Below, piece by piece: positions 36,490 to 48,125 of a DNA stretch of 64,000 bases (position 1 is its first letter; each line of letters begins with the position of its first letter). The translations under genes and the position numbers were made by a program. Source of the stretch: Protoeuglena noctilucae (lineage: Eukaryota); assembly GCA_958009085.1 (NCBI GenBank), contig OY253670.1, forward strand, positions 806,001 through 870,000, given 5' to 3'. The notes under the pieces are model-generated. The model was not told the DNA's origin, made no database searches, and was given only the letters and a program-made list of their open reading frames with translations.

Positions 36490-38704
36490 CTATGAAGTTG
36501 AGGTCGCAGTCGAGGGGGGGAGGATGGCGCTGGCAGATGGGCCTCGCAGAGCCTCGAGCGTGTCCACGTAACACGATAGCGAGTCGTCCTCTTTCGCCAT
36601 GATGATGGGCACGAGACGTGCAAATGCTATGGCGCGCTTGTCCAGGTCGCGCAAGTCCAAGAAGTCGCCCAGGTCCCTGCGGACAGGGCAGCGTGTCGTT
36701 GGGTCCCGCCTCTTGTCCCACAACCGACCGCACTCACACAATGGGTGCACGGGTGGACTCCTTGTGCAACAGCCAGTGCTTGCGATGCGGGCGCACCTCC
36801 TCGGCACGCCCCCAAACGTATCATCACGGGGGCTCTCGGCATCGAGTCCCACTCCCCCACGGCCCCCCGCATCGACCGGCGACGTGGCCCCAGTCACGGC
36901 ACCCGCGTGCACGCTGATCTCGCCGGCGTCCCCCGCACCGACCGAGTGCGATGCTGACAACCGCACCGTGGCTCCCTCTTGGGCCTTGCTGTGAGCCCCG
37001 GCAGCCGTGGGCGGCGTGCCTGGCGTCGGGGTCTTCTTCGCATCGCGAGACACGGCCTCCACAGCGGAGGCCCACTGGTCCCCCATTTTTGCTCGGAGGG
37101 CGCTGGTGCCCAGGAGCCACAGCCGGTACACCAAGACTTGCCGGGCGGCTCTCCGCGCAGCAATGACCTTGTCGGCTGCAGACCCTCTCATGGGCGTCGT
37201 GACCACAGTGCCCGTCTCTCCTGGAAGATACATCTCTGGCCAGAAGGGGCCACCCGCGAGGGAGCACGCGGCCTGCTGGAACTGCTGAAACACCCGGCCG
37301 CTGAACACGTGGGCAGCGTGCCGCAGCCTTAAGGCGACCAGTGCCTCAAAGGCCTCGCCCTGCGGAGAGACTCGAGCATGTTAAACAGTTCCCTCGCGTG
37401 CTGCACAGTGACCACCTGTCACCCTCACTACACAAGGGCCAAGGTGCGCAGCGGCTTGTTCTCCTCCCGGCACTCGCCTCCTGCTGGTCACTCCACTCTC
37501 CCGACGGCCCGGCTTCCGGACACGACAGGAGCCTGAGGGACACGTTGTCATGGATGGCACGGGCCCCAGTCCCGCCTCTGCGCCCCTGTTGTGGAGCCGG
37601 CACCTGCACTACGGCACGAAGTGGCTCCGTTGCTAATACTTTCTGTGGCATCTGTTGGCGATAATCACGTCCTGTCAGAGCCCGACGCTCGCCTCTGTGA
37701 GGGCGACTGCCACGTCGACCCACGTCATGACCCCTGGGATGCGAGCCGACGGAGTGAAGCTGCGCATCCGCTCCAGGCCCCGGCTCGCCATGCCAGTCCA
37801 CGCCCACCGCAGTCCGGCCACAAAGCCCGCAATGAGGGCCACCGCCAGCGCCGCCACGAGCCCGATGAGGAGCGGGACGACCCCGGCGACGCCAAGGACC
37901 ACCGTTACAGGGACGAGCGCCGCGCAGCAAATGGCGGCCCTCGTCGCACGGCGCAGGACCGGGCTCGCCAGCGCGACGGCACACCGCCAGGCCTCCCGCA
38001 CGCGCTGGGATGACTCGAGCACTTGCGAGTTCCAGGACAGCTGCCACGCGGACGGCTGCGGGTTGGACGCCACGATGGTCAGGGGCGGCCCTTGCTCCGG
38101 CGCCGCGCCGACGATGGCGCACTTCTCGTGGCAGCCGGGGCCGTGGAGGCGAACGAGGACGCCCGACGGGAACGACGCGCAGAGCCAGGTCTGCCCCTCG
38201 TACATGTCGACTTCCACCGCCTTGCCCGCCGGGATGACGTGGCAGCCGACCTCTACGAAGCGGCTGCGCCATGCATCTCCGGCCGCGCGCTCCATCGGAT
38301 CGATCAGCGACAGGTACCGGTCGATCTCGGCCCGGGTGCAGTCCGCGAACCCTGACGGGAACGCCCGCCTTGGCACGACCAAGATGAGTTGGACCGGGTG
38401 AGCGCACTCATTGACGACCTTCGCCCGTTGCCATTGGCGCTCAGGAGGGAGCAGCGCGTCTGCGAACCCGCGGCCGTCGTGCTGGAGCTGCGAGGGTAGG
38501 GGGCAGCTGCACCATCCCCTCAGGCAACCGTGTGGCGAAGCGGCCTTCCCTGGGTCATGTTCTTACCAAGTGTAAGGAGCGCAGGCCGTCCTGTAGCCTG
38601 CTCTGCAGCCCCTGCTCCTGCAAAGGGACCAGGGGACCAGGCACACTTTGGAGCGAGTTTGCGCGTCGTCGACGGCGCTTCTTCGACAATGTCACGCTCA
38701 CCAT
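36490..38704 (-). CDS. Unknown membrane protein (spliced; 5' end uncertain)
   Basis: Long coding-like exons at about 37675-38400 and 36490-37300, with the hydrophobic stretch ALVPVTVVLGVAGVVPLLIGLVAALAVALIAGFVAG. No family recognised. Confidence 0.45.
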
Positions 38705-38921
38705 GCCGCAATTTGTTAATCTTGTCTCATCGCGGCGTGGAGCCTCGTTTGGTCGCTTTGGGACGAAGAGCAGTGCACGACTCGACTGGCTGACAGGCCT
38801 CTTGGCGATCTTTCATGGCGATGCTCGCATTTCACTAAGATCGTATCGCGCGGTGCTATGGCTCTGCGTCACTTGGCCTCTTCACAGGTGTCACGTGCTT
38901 AGGTCCGAGTCAGAAAAAGTT

Positions 38922-39941
38922 TCACTTCATGAACCATGCCGTAAAGGCGCATCTGGGGGCGTGGGTCACGAGCACCTCGTGCTCCAGAGAGCTCTGGAAC
39001 ACAACCAGCCGGTCGCCCACGGGGGCCACGTCGACGGGAGCCTGGCCCCCATCCGGGTACAAGCGCAGGGATCCCCCATCTGCTCCAGCATTCCACCCCA
39101 CGTTCGGGTACCAGCACGCGGTGATCAACCGCGTCCGCTGGCTTCCCACCCGCTTCACATCCGCATGCCGCACGTATGCCGTCCCGGTCGCATACCGCGC
39201 CACCTGCACGTCGTACTCCTCATGCAGCGCCAGGAATGCTGACCGCCGGAGGTGAAGCCTGCGGGGTTGGGAAGGGCGCTCAGTCTTTCTTCCCCTGACC
39301 CCAAAAACCGCCGTGCCATGCCGAGCACCAGGGCACGTTCGCCTCACGGACCTCAGGGCCTCGAAGCTGTCCATCAGCTCTCGCAGCACGGACCCTTCGG
39401 GCCCAGTCAAATCGTCAGCCGTGAGCCAGGTGATGGCGTCGCCCCGGAGACTCTTTCCAAGCGGTGCTGGCCACGCGCCCTGTCCCGCGACGACTCCCTG
39501 CGTGAGGCGCCCCTGCCGCGCCAGCGACTCCACGAAACGCAATGCCTCTGCGGCCTTGTCCTGGCTCCCTGCGACAATTGGCGACACGGGGGAGCACGTG
39601 GATCGCACCCGCCGAACGGTGCAGCTGCTCACTCGCGCATTAGATGGTTCCTCACCGAGCCAATTGTCGCGGACAACGAAACCCATCGATCCGAGTGATT
39701 CTACCTCTGACTTGCTGAGCAGCGTGGCTGCTGCGATCGGGTCCGCGAGCTGCGCATGCGCGTGCATCTTGGTGTGCCTCTCCGGACCACATCGGCCTCG
39801 CGGACCGGGAAGCAGGGACCGTGCATTTTCCCTAGCAACAATCTCTTCACGCGAGTACCAGGCGCGGTAGCATCGGCGCCACGGCTGCGACGCAGCTCCC
39901 CGGACCGAACTTTGGCACAGAGCGCAGCGCAGTTGCGACAT
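38922..39941 (-). CDS. 2OG-Fe(II) oxygenase, EGLN/PHD-like prolyl hydroxylase family
   Basis: LRGDAITWL, QVARY...YVRHAD (HxD), RLITACWYPN..W, GGSLRLYP, DRLVVFQS..EHEVL (distal His) and RCAFTAWF. Confidence 0.85.
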   Translation of the reverse strand: MSQLRCALCQSSVRGAASQPWRRCYRAWYSREEIVARENARSLLPGPRGRCGPERHTKMHAHAQLADPIAAATLLSKSEVESLGSMGFVVRDNWLGEEPSNARVSSCTVRRVRSTCSPVSPIVAGSQDKAAEALRFVESLARQGRLTQGVVAGQGAWPAPLGKSLRGDAITWLTADDLTGPEGSVLRELMDSFEALRSVRRTCPGARHGTAVFGVRGRKTERPSQPRRLHLRRSAFLALHEEYDVQVARYATGTAYVRHADVKRVGSQRTRLITACWYPNVGWNAGADGGSLRLYPDGGQAPVDVAPVGDRLVVFQSSLEHEVLVTHAPRCAFTAWFMK

Positions 39942-40095
39942 CCGCTGCCGAGATCACAGTGTGGTCATGCAGGAAGACTACTCATGCGCTGCAGGCCTGC
40001 CGATATTTGTGGCCAGTCAGCACGCAGCTGCAGCATGAGTCATGGCGAAAACCCTGGGTACGGCCAGACCCACCCGCCAGGGTGCCCACGGGCTG

Positions 40096-41357
40096 CTATT
40101 GCAGATCGAGCTGGCCCTCGTAGCCCGCCGGGATGAACCACCGGCTCAAGTCGACCCCCCTGGCCCTGCGAACAGCAATGATCCGTCGCCATCTCGCACC
40201 TTCCCCCCCACGGCTCGCCCCGAGCAAGCCGCCCTTCGCAGCACCCATCGAGCCCAGGACCCCGCACGCGCCTGAGGTTCTCCACCGATGGCCGGGTCTG
40301 CTCCAGGATGGCGTCATAGACGCCCGCGTTGGTTGCCAGGATGCTTCGGTCAAAGACCGAGAAGGGCACGCCGTTCATGGTCGTCAGCCGTCCCCCCGCC
40401 TCCTCGACGATCAACGCCCCCGCCGCCATGTCCCACGGCTTGAGGCGGTACTCCCAATACGCGTCGACGATCCCCTCGGCGACGTGGCACAGGTCCACGC
40501 TCGCGGCCCCTAGCCGCCGGACACCGCGCGTCACGTCCGTGAAGTGGCGGAACAGGTCGTGGCTCGCCATCCAAGCTTCGTCGTGCTCGTACCCGAACCC
40601 TGCAAGCGCCGGGTCAGGGCTGGGCCAGTCTGCGGGGGCTGCCCTGGGCGTCACACCGCGCAGGGCCCGGCTGAGGCAGCTGGGCGCGAGACGCGAGAAC
40701 CGTCGCACCTGTCACTCCGAGAGAGTTCGTCAGGGAGTCGGTGCTGGAGACGCGGATTGGCTCGCCGTCGCAGAACGCCCCGCCACCTCGGCTCGCGTGG
40801 TACGTCGTGGCAATCCAGCGACGTGGCCCGCCCCCGAAGGCCACCACGGCTGCTGCCGCGGGCCGACCCCGGCACAGGACCCCCACGGACACGGCAAAGG
40901 AGGGGTACCTGCGAGCGTGCCAGGTGTGCCTCAGCGCAGCCCTTTGGGGTTCCTTCCGCGCGCGTCCAGCTGGCTGGACATGCCCTCACCGGTGTGCGAA
41001 GTTCGTCGTCCCGTCGAGGGGGTCCACGCACCACAGGTACTCGCTCTTTGTGTTGCCCGACACGCCCCCTTCCTCGCCCAGCACAGCGTGATCGGGGAAG
41101 CGCTTGGAGAGGACGCGCAGCACGGCGTCCTCTGCGTTCTTGTCGGTCTCCGTGACGAGATCTGTCGTCCCCTTGAACTGGACCTTCCTCGGCTTGTCGG
41201 CCGCCTCCATCACGACGTCCCCGCCGGCCCGTGCCGCCTCCAGCGCGACATCCAACAGCTGCGACACGGGCAGCGCATGAGTGCCGACAGATCGGCACTG
41301 CGCTCTCCTCGCCGCGCAGCGCGAAAGGGCCGACGGCCCCCGCGCACAGGATGCCAT
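40096..41357 (-). CDS. IMPL1: Inositol monophosphatase-like 1, plastid (4 exons)
   Basis: DLVTETDK, VLGEEGG, YLWCVDPLDGTTNFAH, GFGYEHDEAW, GVRRLGAASVD and WEYRLKPWDMAAG, with an N-terminal transit peptide. Confidence 0.93.
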
Positions 41358-41657
41358 CGATCAGACCGATCGATCTCTGATCCCAAGCCCCTCGTTGCAG
41401 CCGCGCGATGCCCAGATGTTGCAAGTGCTCGCGGAATGGACCATCGGTCCACGTCGCCGAGCAAAAGCACGCCGGCAACATGCATTCCTGCGACGGGCGT
41501 CGGGCTAGAAAACCGGACCCGGACCCGAACCCGGATCTTATCCACAGCCCGCGATGGTGACCGGTTCGTTGATGCCCACCGTTCACCCGACCGTGGGCCG
41601 CATCCATCTAGGCAAGAGCGAACCGAGAGACGCTGGGTGCAGCTGCTAGGGTGCCCG

Positions 41658-42330
41658 CTAGTTCTGGTAAACTGAGGCGTTGAGGTCGACGCGCTCCTGC
41701 ACCCCGCTCTTCTCACGCTTGGGCGGGTTGCCTCCTGCCACCATGTTGTACACCAGGAAGAGGGCCATGGTCGCGGACAGGAACATGATGGCCTTGGAGC
41801 CGACCACGGCCATGCCGAGCTTGGCCCGCAGCCACATCCAGTGCGCCAGCACCACGCTGCGGACACAGAGCCAGCAGTCGTCCTGCCGGCGCAACAAGCC
41901 ACTCCACATGCCCATGCGAATGCTGGGGATCATCCCTGTGTACTCAGCCAGCACAGCAGCTCGTGACTCGCCTGATAATGGCGTTGGCGGCGGTGAACGG
42001 CAGGGAGCTCTCGTTGACCTTCCAGCGTGCAAGGGAGACGGACGAGACCACCATGCTCAGAGCCCCCAGGCCAGCGATGTGCAGCGAAGCCGCGCTCCCG
42101 AAACCCGTGAACGCCCCCACGAGTCCTGCGAAGTGGGCCACCACGTCGCTCGGTCCTGAGTTGCATGGCGCAAGGGACCTGCTGAAGCCACGAGGAGACT
42201 CGAGAGCCTCACCCGCGGCGACCAGGATGGCGCCGAATGGAATACTCATGCAGAAGTCGTGCAGGACCGCGTGTCGCCCGTGCGAATCCCCATCGCACTC
42301 GCGGTGCCCGTCCGGGTACGCGCCTGTGAG
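41658..42330 (-). CDS. TMEM14 / fatty-acid-export (FAX1-like) membrane protein (first exon not resolved)
   Basis: LHDFCMSIPFGAIL, several hydrophobic helices and a C-terminal YNMVAGGNPPK, as in FAX1-type proteins. Confidence 0.75.
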
Positions 42331-42905
42331 CAGAGACAGCTAGGGAGGATCGCGACGAAGGAGAAGGACCTCATCCAGTGGGGCAATCTTCTGTCAGCAA
42401 CCAGTGACACTCCTGCAAGAAGCCAGGGATGGCCGGGGGCCCTCCAAGTCGCGAGGGGCGGGACAGTTGCAAGCGGAAGGAAAATGGCGCGGGTAGTCTC
42501 AGATGCGCGCGATCCAATCTCGCGCGCTATATGCCGCTTCTTTTGGTCGAAAGTAACATCATCGTGGCGACGCACGCCTCGCCCGGCCGCTCACCATTGT
42601 CCGACACGCTGCGCGGGACGTTGGCAAGGCGGGCAGGCTTCCCCAACGGATGTCCGCACCGACAGTGCTGCCCGAGCGGGTGCGAAAGCCTCGCGACTAA
42701 TGGAAGCTGTGGTGAGAACCTTGAAGGCTGCGGGGCCAGTCCGCGTCCCAGATGCACCGGCCCGGACCCAGCAACAACGGTGCGCAGCATGGGCGTCGTC
42801 GAGACGCGCACTCCTCTCCGGACAACCTAATCGAGCTACCACTACGCCACGATGCAGCTCTTTGGCGAAGAAAGAGTTCGCTCCGGCACGTCTCTGGCGC
42901 ACACG

Positions 42906-44213
42906 TCACGTGGAGCCTCTGCTGCGGTGCGCGATCCCTTGCACCCGCCAGCAGGCGCTGGAGTCCATGCACAGGCTCCAGATGAACGTGGAGGCGGTCG
43001 ACTCGACGGGGCTGCTCCTGCGCCCAAAGCAGGCCGACACTTGAGCGCATATTGGCTCCTCCCGCGAGGCTGTCCTACCCTGTGTTCGCTTCTCACCTCA
43101 TCAACGCGCCTTGCCTCTCCCTCGTCCCCTCGACCACGACCTCGATAAGGATGCTTCGCTCGCTGAGGAGCGCAGACGCGCCCAGCCGCGCCGCGCTGTG
43201 GCCCACGAGGCGCGAGAGGGGAGGGTCTCGGAACCCCGCCTCGAATCGCTGCTTCGCGAGCGCCCACCCCGGTCCGGCCGCCCTGTCGAACAGCATGAAC
43301 TGTGACGCCCAGGCCAGGTCGTGGGACCGCAACGCAAGCAGCTGCGCCTGAACCACCTCCTCGGGCGCGTTGCGCGTGTGAGGCAACGAGGGCGGCAACG
43401 ACCCCTCGCTCGGCTCCGACGACACGCGGGACACCCTCCACGCCCCCCGGCCCACGCGGCGCAGCGTGACGTGCAGCGTCGCCTCCTCCCCCGTGCATGC
43501 CACCACCTTGACGCGCTCTGCAGCACCGCGGGACTCGGCTCGACAGTCGGGCAGCTGTTCTAAGCGCGGCCTCCCCCCTGGAATCCACAACCACACATGG
43601 CACGACCCTCACCCAGAAACTCCTCGACTTCCCCGGTCTTCGGCATCGCCAGGGCCCCCAGCACCTCTGTGCGCCGCAACAACAGCCCTGGGAGTACCCG
43701 CCGGGCCCCGACGTCGATGGAACCCGCCAGAGGCGCCAGGAGGCCACCCTCGCGCACCTCCAGTCCACCCACGGAGACCGGCCCCGGGTCCGGCGACGCT
43801 TCCATCAGCGCGGAGGCCCGAGCCACGTCCGACTTTCGGCAGGCCTGGAGGAACTGGTGCACGACGCGGACGGGGCTCGCTTCGTCGTCTCCTGCGAGAG
43901 CCCCCCTGCATCCATTCATAATGGTGGAGCGAACGACTGAGTCAGCGAGCGAGGAGGCCCAGCAGCAGAAGTCCACGTCTCGACAGGCGCTGGCGACTGC
44001 GCCTAACCTGACGGTCGCGTGCGCATCGTCACGGTTGCCGTGCCGTGGTCGCCGGGCCGACCGCTGGAGCCGCGCAGCTCGGCCTCCTGCGCCAGCCAGT
44101 CCAGGCCGGGAACGTTTCGAGATGTCCCCCCATCGCAACAGCGAACCATGCGACTGGCGCTCCAGGGAGGGCGGACTCGAACTTGCGCAGACGCAGGCCG
44201 AGACGGGCCACAT
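42906..44213 (-). CDS. Unknown protein with two repeated DUF4864/NTF2-like units, probably organelle-targeted
   Basis: Parallel segments SPVRVVHQFLQACRKSDVARA and APEEVVQAQLLALRSHDLAWA, each followed later by WRVSRV or CWRVQGI. Confidence 0.5.
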
Positions 44214-44535
44214 GCCCGATGCCGCTAGTAACGGACAACCGCGACGTCAGCACGGATTTGTCACGGATGCGAGGCTGTGTATCATTGTCGATTCGACGAC
44301 CTGGCGCCGCTGGAGGTTACCCTGTTGCCAGACGCAGAAAGCTTTGAGCAATTTCGACTCGGATGCCTGCCATCCGCGCTGATGTGACAACCTGCCACGC
44401 TCTTCTTTCCGCTCGGCGATAGGGAGGCAGATTTCGGTGGAATAGCTGTGAGCTTGCTACGTTCCGGCTTAAGCAGCTTTGGGGACGGCACGGGAGGAGC
44501 TTGGGCACGCCTCGCTTGGGTCGCTGTCTGATGCC

Positions 44536-45417
44536 ATGCAGGCAATGCTGGCAGACTACGCCAGGGCGGCGCGGCAGGTGCGAGGAGTGCAGCGGCTGCG
44601 CCAGCAGCCGGGTTTGCGCTTTGTTGGCTCGATTCCGCCGCCTCATCGCTCTCTGCAGGTGATGAAGCGCCGACACAGGGCCATCCTCGGTGGCAAGCAC
44701 ATCCAATTCGGCAACCAGTACAGCGAGACGGCGGGGAACAGGTCGCGACGCACGTGGAAGCCCAACGTGCAAACGAAGCGAATCTATTCCGAGGCTCTGC
44801 AGAAGTTCATGAAGCTTCGAGTGTCGACGTATGTACTGAAACGGTGAGATCGGCCGCCCACGGTCTGGAGCGCCTGTGCAGACCATTTCTGCGCGGCCAG
44901 CGATTCATCGATCTGCGTCTTGGCCACCTCCGGCCCCAGGTGCGATGCCAAGGGGGGACTGGACAACTACCTGCTTAAGACCCCGGACAGCCTGTTGCAT
45001 TCCGACCTGGCCGTCCGAGTAAAGGTGGGCTGGGGGTCAGTGAATGGACGGATGGGAGGGAGTGGTTAGGTCCCAACTTGCCATCAAAACCCGGACTTTG
45101 CTTACCGGTCGCAGAGGCAGATCATCGACGCGCTTTACGAGCAGGGGCGCCTCAACGAAGTGCTGGGGTTGCAGGCAAGTTGATGGGTGGGCCCCCGCGT
45201 TGCTATCTGCTGCGAACGCTATTTGCTGCAATACCACCTCTGGCTTCTCGCCCCGCTGCAGTCGTCGTACTTGCCACCCGGGGCCTCGTACCAGCCCTCC
45301 CTACCCAAGCCGGTGCCCCTCGAGGTGCTGCGTCGGTTTGCGGAGGAGCGCGCCAACGCCAGGGCTAACCGAGGAGCTGGTGCGGAGCGGGTTAACGCTG
45401 TTCAAGCGGACTCCTGA
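44536..45417 (+). CDS. MRPL28: Mitochondrial ribosomal protein bL28m (last exon less certain)
   Basis: GGKHIQFGNQYSE.AGNRSRRTWKPNVQTKRIYSEAL and KGGLDNYLLKT. Confidence 0.9.
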
Positions 45418-45522
45418 CATGCCTGCGTTGCAGCGGCTGCAGCTGAGCGCCGCGGGCTTTAGGGAGTCGAAACGTCAGAGTCGGCTGACCGGGCGGGCGA
45501 TTTGAACCTGGCCCGAGCATAG

Positions 45523-48125
45523 TCAGCTGAGCTGGGCGCCGCTCCTCAGGGCCTTCTCCATGGCCCAGAACGTCTTCATCCCGCCGGTGATGTTGCGTGC
45601 GTCGTAACCGTTCAGCCTGCAGGGCAAGGTCGCATCCGTGGTCCCGAGGGCATGCATCGCGAGGCTAGCCATGTGACAATGCGGCCCGCCAGCCCTCCCA
45701 AGCACCTCAGCACCCGGGTCCCGTAGTAGCCACGCTGGCCGACCATGCACGTCACGTGGATGGGCACGTCCTTAGGCAGCTCCGCCATCCTGGCCCGCAG
45801 CGTCGGCAGCGGAATGTTGAGGGCCCCCTCGACGTGGCCCGCGCTGAACTCGCTGGGCTCGCGCACGTCCAGCAGGACACCCGACCCGTTGCCTGGCTGG
45901 AAGGCCCCAAGCTGGGGACCTAACACCTCCTGCCATGACTCGAGCGGAGCGTCCCCGCGCAGGGCGTTGCCCGCGATGAACCCCGCCATGTTGACGGGGT
46001 CCTGTGAAGGGCGGGAAGGGAACTTGGTCAAGTGGCTGCGCGTGAAGGGTGGGACCCTTTGAAATAAGCCAGAGCCAACACTTTAGTTAACCCACCTTGG
46101 CTGCTCCGAACTGGGGAGCGTAGCAGAGCTCGGCCTCCTCCAAATCAAACATAGTCATGCGGCCCTGGATGGCCGTAGAGATGACGTCGATGCGCTTCTC
46201 CGTCCCCTCCCCGCCCGCGGCCTGGGGAGACGTGGCGGAGGTGCCTGTCAGCGAGAGCGCCTCTCTGCAGAAGCGGCCCGTCAGCGCCAAGGCAGGCCTC
46301 GCCCCAGGTCCATCGTGGCATGGACAGCACAGCACAAGGAATGCTGGGGGCATCTCGCCTGGCCACCGAGGATGAGGCCCGTCTCTGGGTCGAAGATGAC
46401 CTTCAGGGCGATCGGCTGTGCCCCCGGGTAATACCCCACGTGGTGGCCAGGGTGCAGGTAGACCTTGCTGTAGGGCCGGTTGAGGCGACGGAGGGTCTTC
46501 TCTGCCGCGCCCGTCACGGCCGCCACCTTGCCAAACGCCCCGCACACCGCGGTACCCTGGGAGGCATCGACAGGCGGATGTTTCACGACCATAAGCGACG
46601 CGGAAAGCAGTGCCGCGAGCGGTGCTGCCTCCTGACCTGAACGCCCCGGAACCGAGCCTCGGGATGCCCCGTGATGGCGTCGGCCGCGATCCTGCCCTGC
46701 CGGTTGGCGGGCCCGGCGAGCGGCAGCTGCTCCTGTTCCTGCGTCACCCAATCGGTCACCTGCGAGCGAGGTGGGGTAGGCCACTGTCGCACTGTCGCAC
46801 ACAGCTGGGCCCCATCCCAGTGCCTGCATGGCTGCCACCAGGCGACGCCACCCACGCACCTCGATGACGTCGCCGACAGCGAAGATGTCCGGGTCAGTGA
46901 GCGTCTGCATGTTGTCCTTCACGCGGATGCCGCCGCGAGGACCTGAGCAGAGCCGGGGTTGAGGGTCACCATCATCGTCCAGCGAGTGCAGCCGCATCTG
47001 TTTGCAAGGGAAAGCGCAGTGTGGGGCCGCACCCGTCTCAATCCCGGCTGCTTTCGCAATCTGGCTGTTGGGGGTCACACCGATGCCAAGGATGACCAAC
47101 TGCCCGGGGTACTGGCGGCCCGCGCTGGTATGCACGTTGACGGCGCGCTGGCCATCCTCCGTGGTCTCTGTGAATCCCGAGACCCGCTCCCCGAGCACGA
47201 GCTTGCACCCGTGCTCGACGAGCACGTCGGCCATGGCTGTGGTCATCTCGGGGTCCATGGGGGGCAGGATCTGGGGGTTGCCCTCAATCTGCGGTCATGT
47301 CGGAGGCATGGCAGTGTGTGCTATGATATAAGCCTTCTGTGAGGTGTCGGCTGCGCATGTGCCGGCGCATGCACGTTGCACGCCGCAACATGCATGCACG
47401 CACGCACCAGCGTGACCTTGAGCCCGCGCTCAATGAGGTTCTCCGCCATCTCGATGCCGATGAACCCGCCTCCCACCACGACGGCCGTCTTGACATCGTG
47501 CTGGTCGATCCAGTCCCGGATGAGGCGCGAGTCGGGGATCGTGCGCTGCAGGCCGATCAAGGGAAAAGGGGAGGCGGCGTTCGCTGGCACCTGGGTTAGT
47601 ATGACTGGCGCTTGTCAGGCACCGCGTCCCTCACCAGCGAGAAGATGCCAGGGAGGTCGATGCCGGGCAGCAGAGGCCTGAGGGCGTTGGCGCCCATGGA
47701 GAGGACCAGCTTGTCGTACCGCTCCTGTCGCACCCCGCTCTCAGCTGCGGCAGGGACGGAAGGTCGAATGACGGGAGGCTTCGAGTGGAGAGCCGCGGGG
47801 GTACGGCCCGCAGGGTGCGCGGCTGCTCACTCTTGATGGAGACCGTCTTGGCCGCCCGGTCGATGGCCGTGACCTCGGCGTTGGTCTCCACCTGGATGTT
47901 GAAGCGGTCCTTGAACAGCTTGGCGGAGGCAAGGAGAAGGTTCTTTTCTTCCCTAATTACGTTGCCGACTTAGTACGGGAGGCCGCAGTTCGCGAACGAC
48001 ACGTAGGGCCCCTTGTCCAGCACCAGCACCTCGACGTCCTCGTTGTTGCGGCGCAGGCGGGCCGCGCAGCTCGCACCGCCCGCAACACCGCCCACGATGA
48101 TGACGCGCTGCCCCTTCATGTCCAT
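45523..48125 (-). CDS. CoA-disulfide reductase-rhodanese fusion (CoADR-RHD/Npsr-like); in-frame TAA at 47970-47972, so possibly a pseudogene or a sequence error
   Basis: IVGGVAGGASCAARLRR, SFANCGLPY, VVGGGFIGIEMAENL, IFAVGD, PLAGPANRQGR, HVGYYPGA, ELCYAPQFG and KDPVNMAG, then a rhodanese domain LLDVREPSEF..GHVEGALNIPL...TCMVGQRGY. Confidence 0.9.

Noticed and set aside
47970..47972. Alternative nuclear genetic code (TAA/TAG = Gln, as in some ulvophytes) as the explanation for the CoADR stop
   Set aside because: Other genes here end at TAG (uS5c, NOT2, SF3B3, GrpE) or TAA (CX9C gene), I saw no other in-frame TAR codons in conserved exons, and the aligned residue is Tyr/His rather than Gln.
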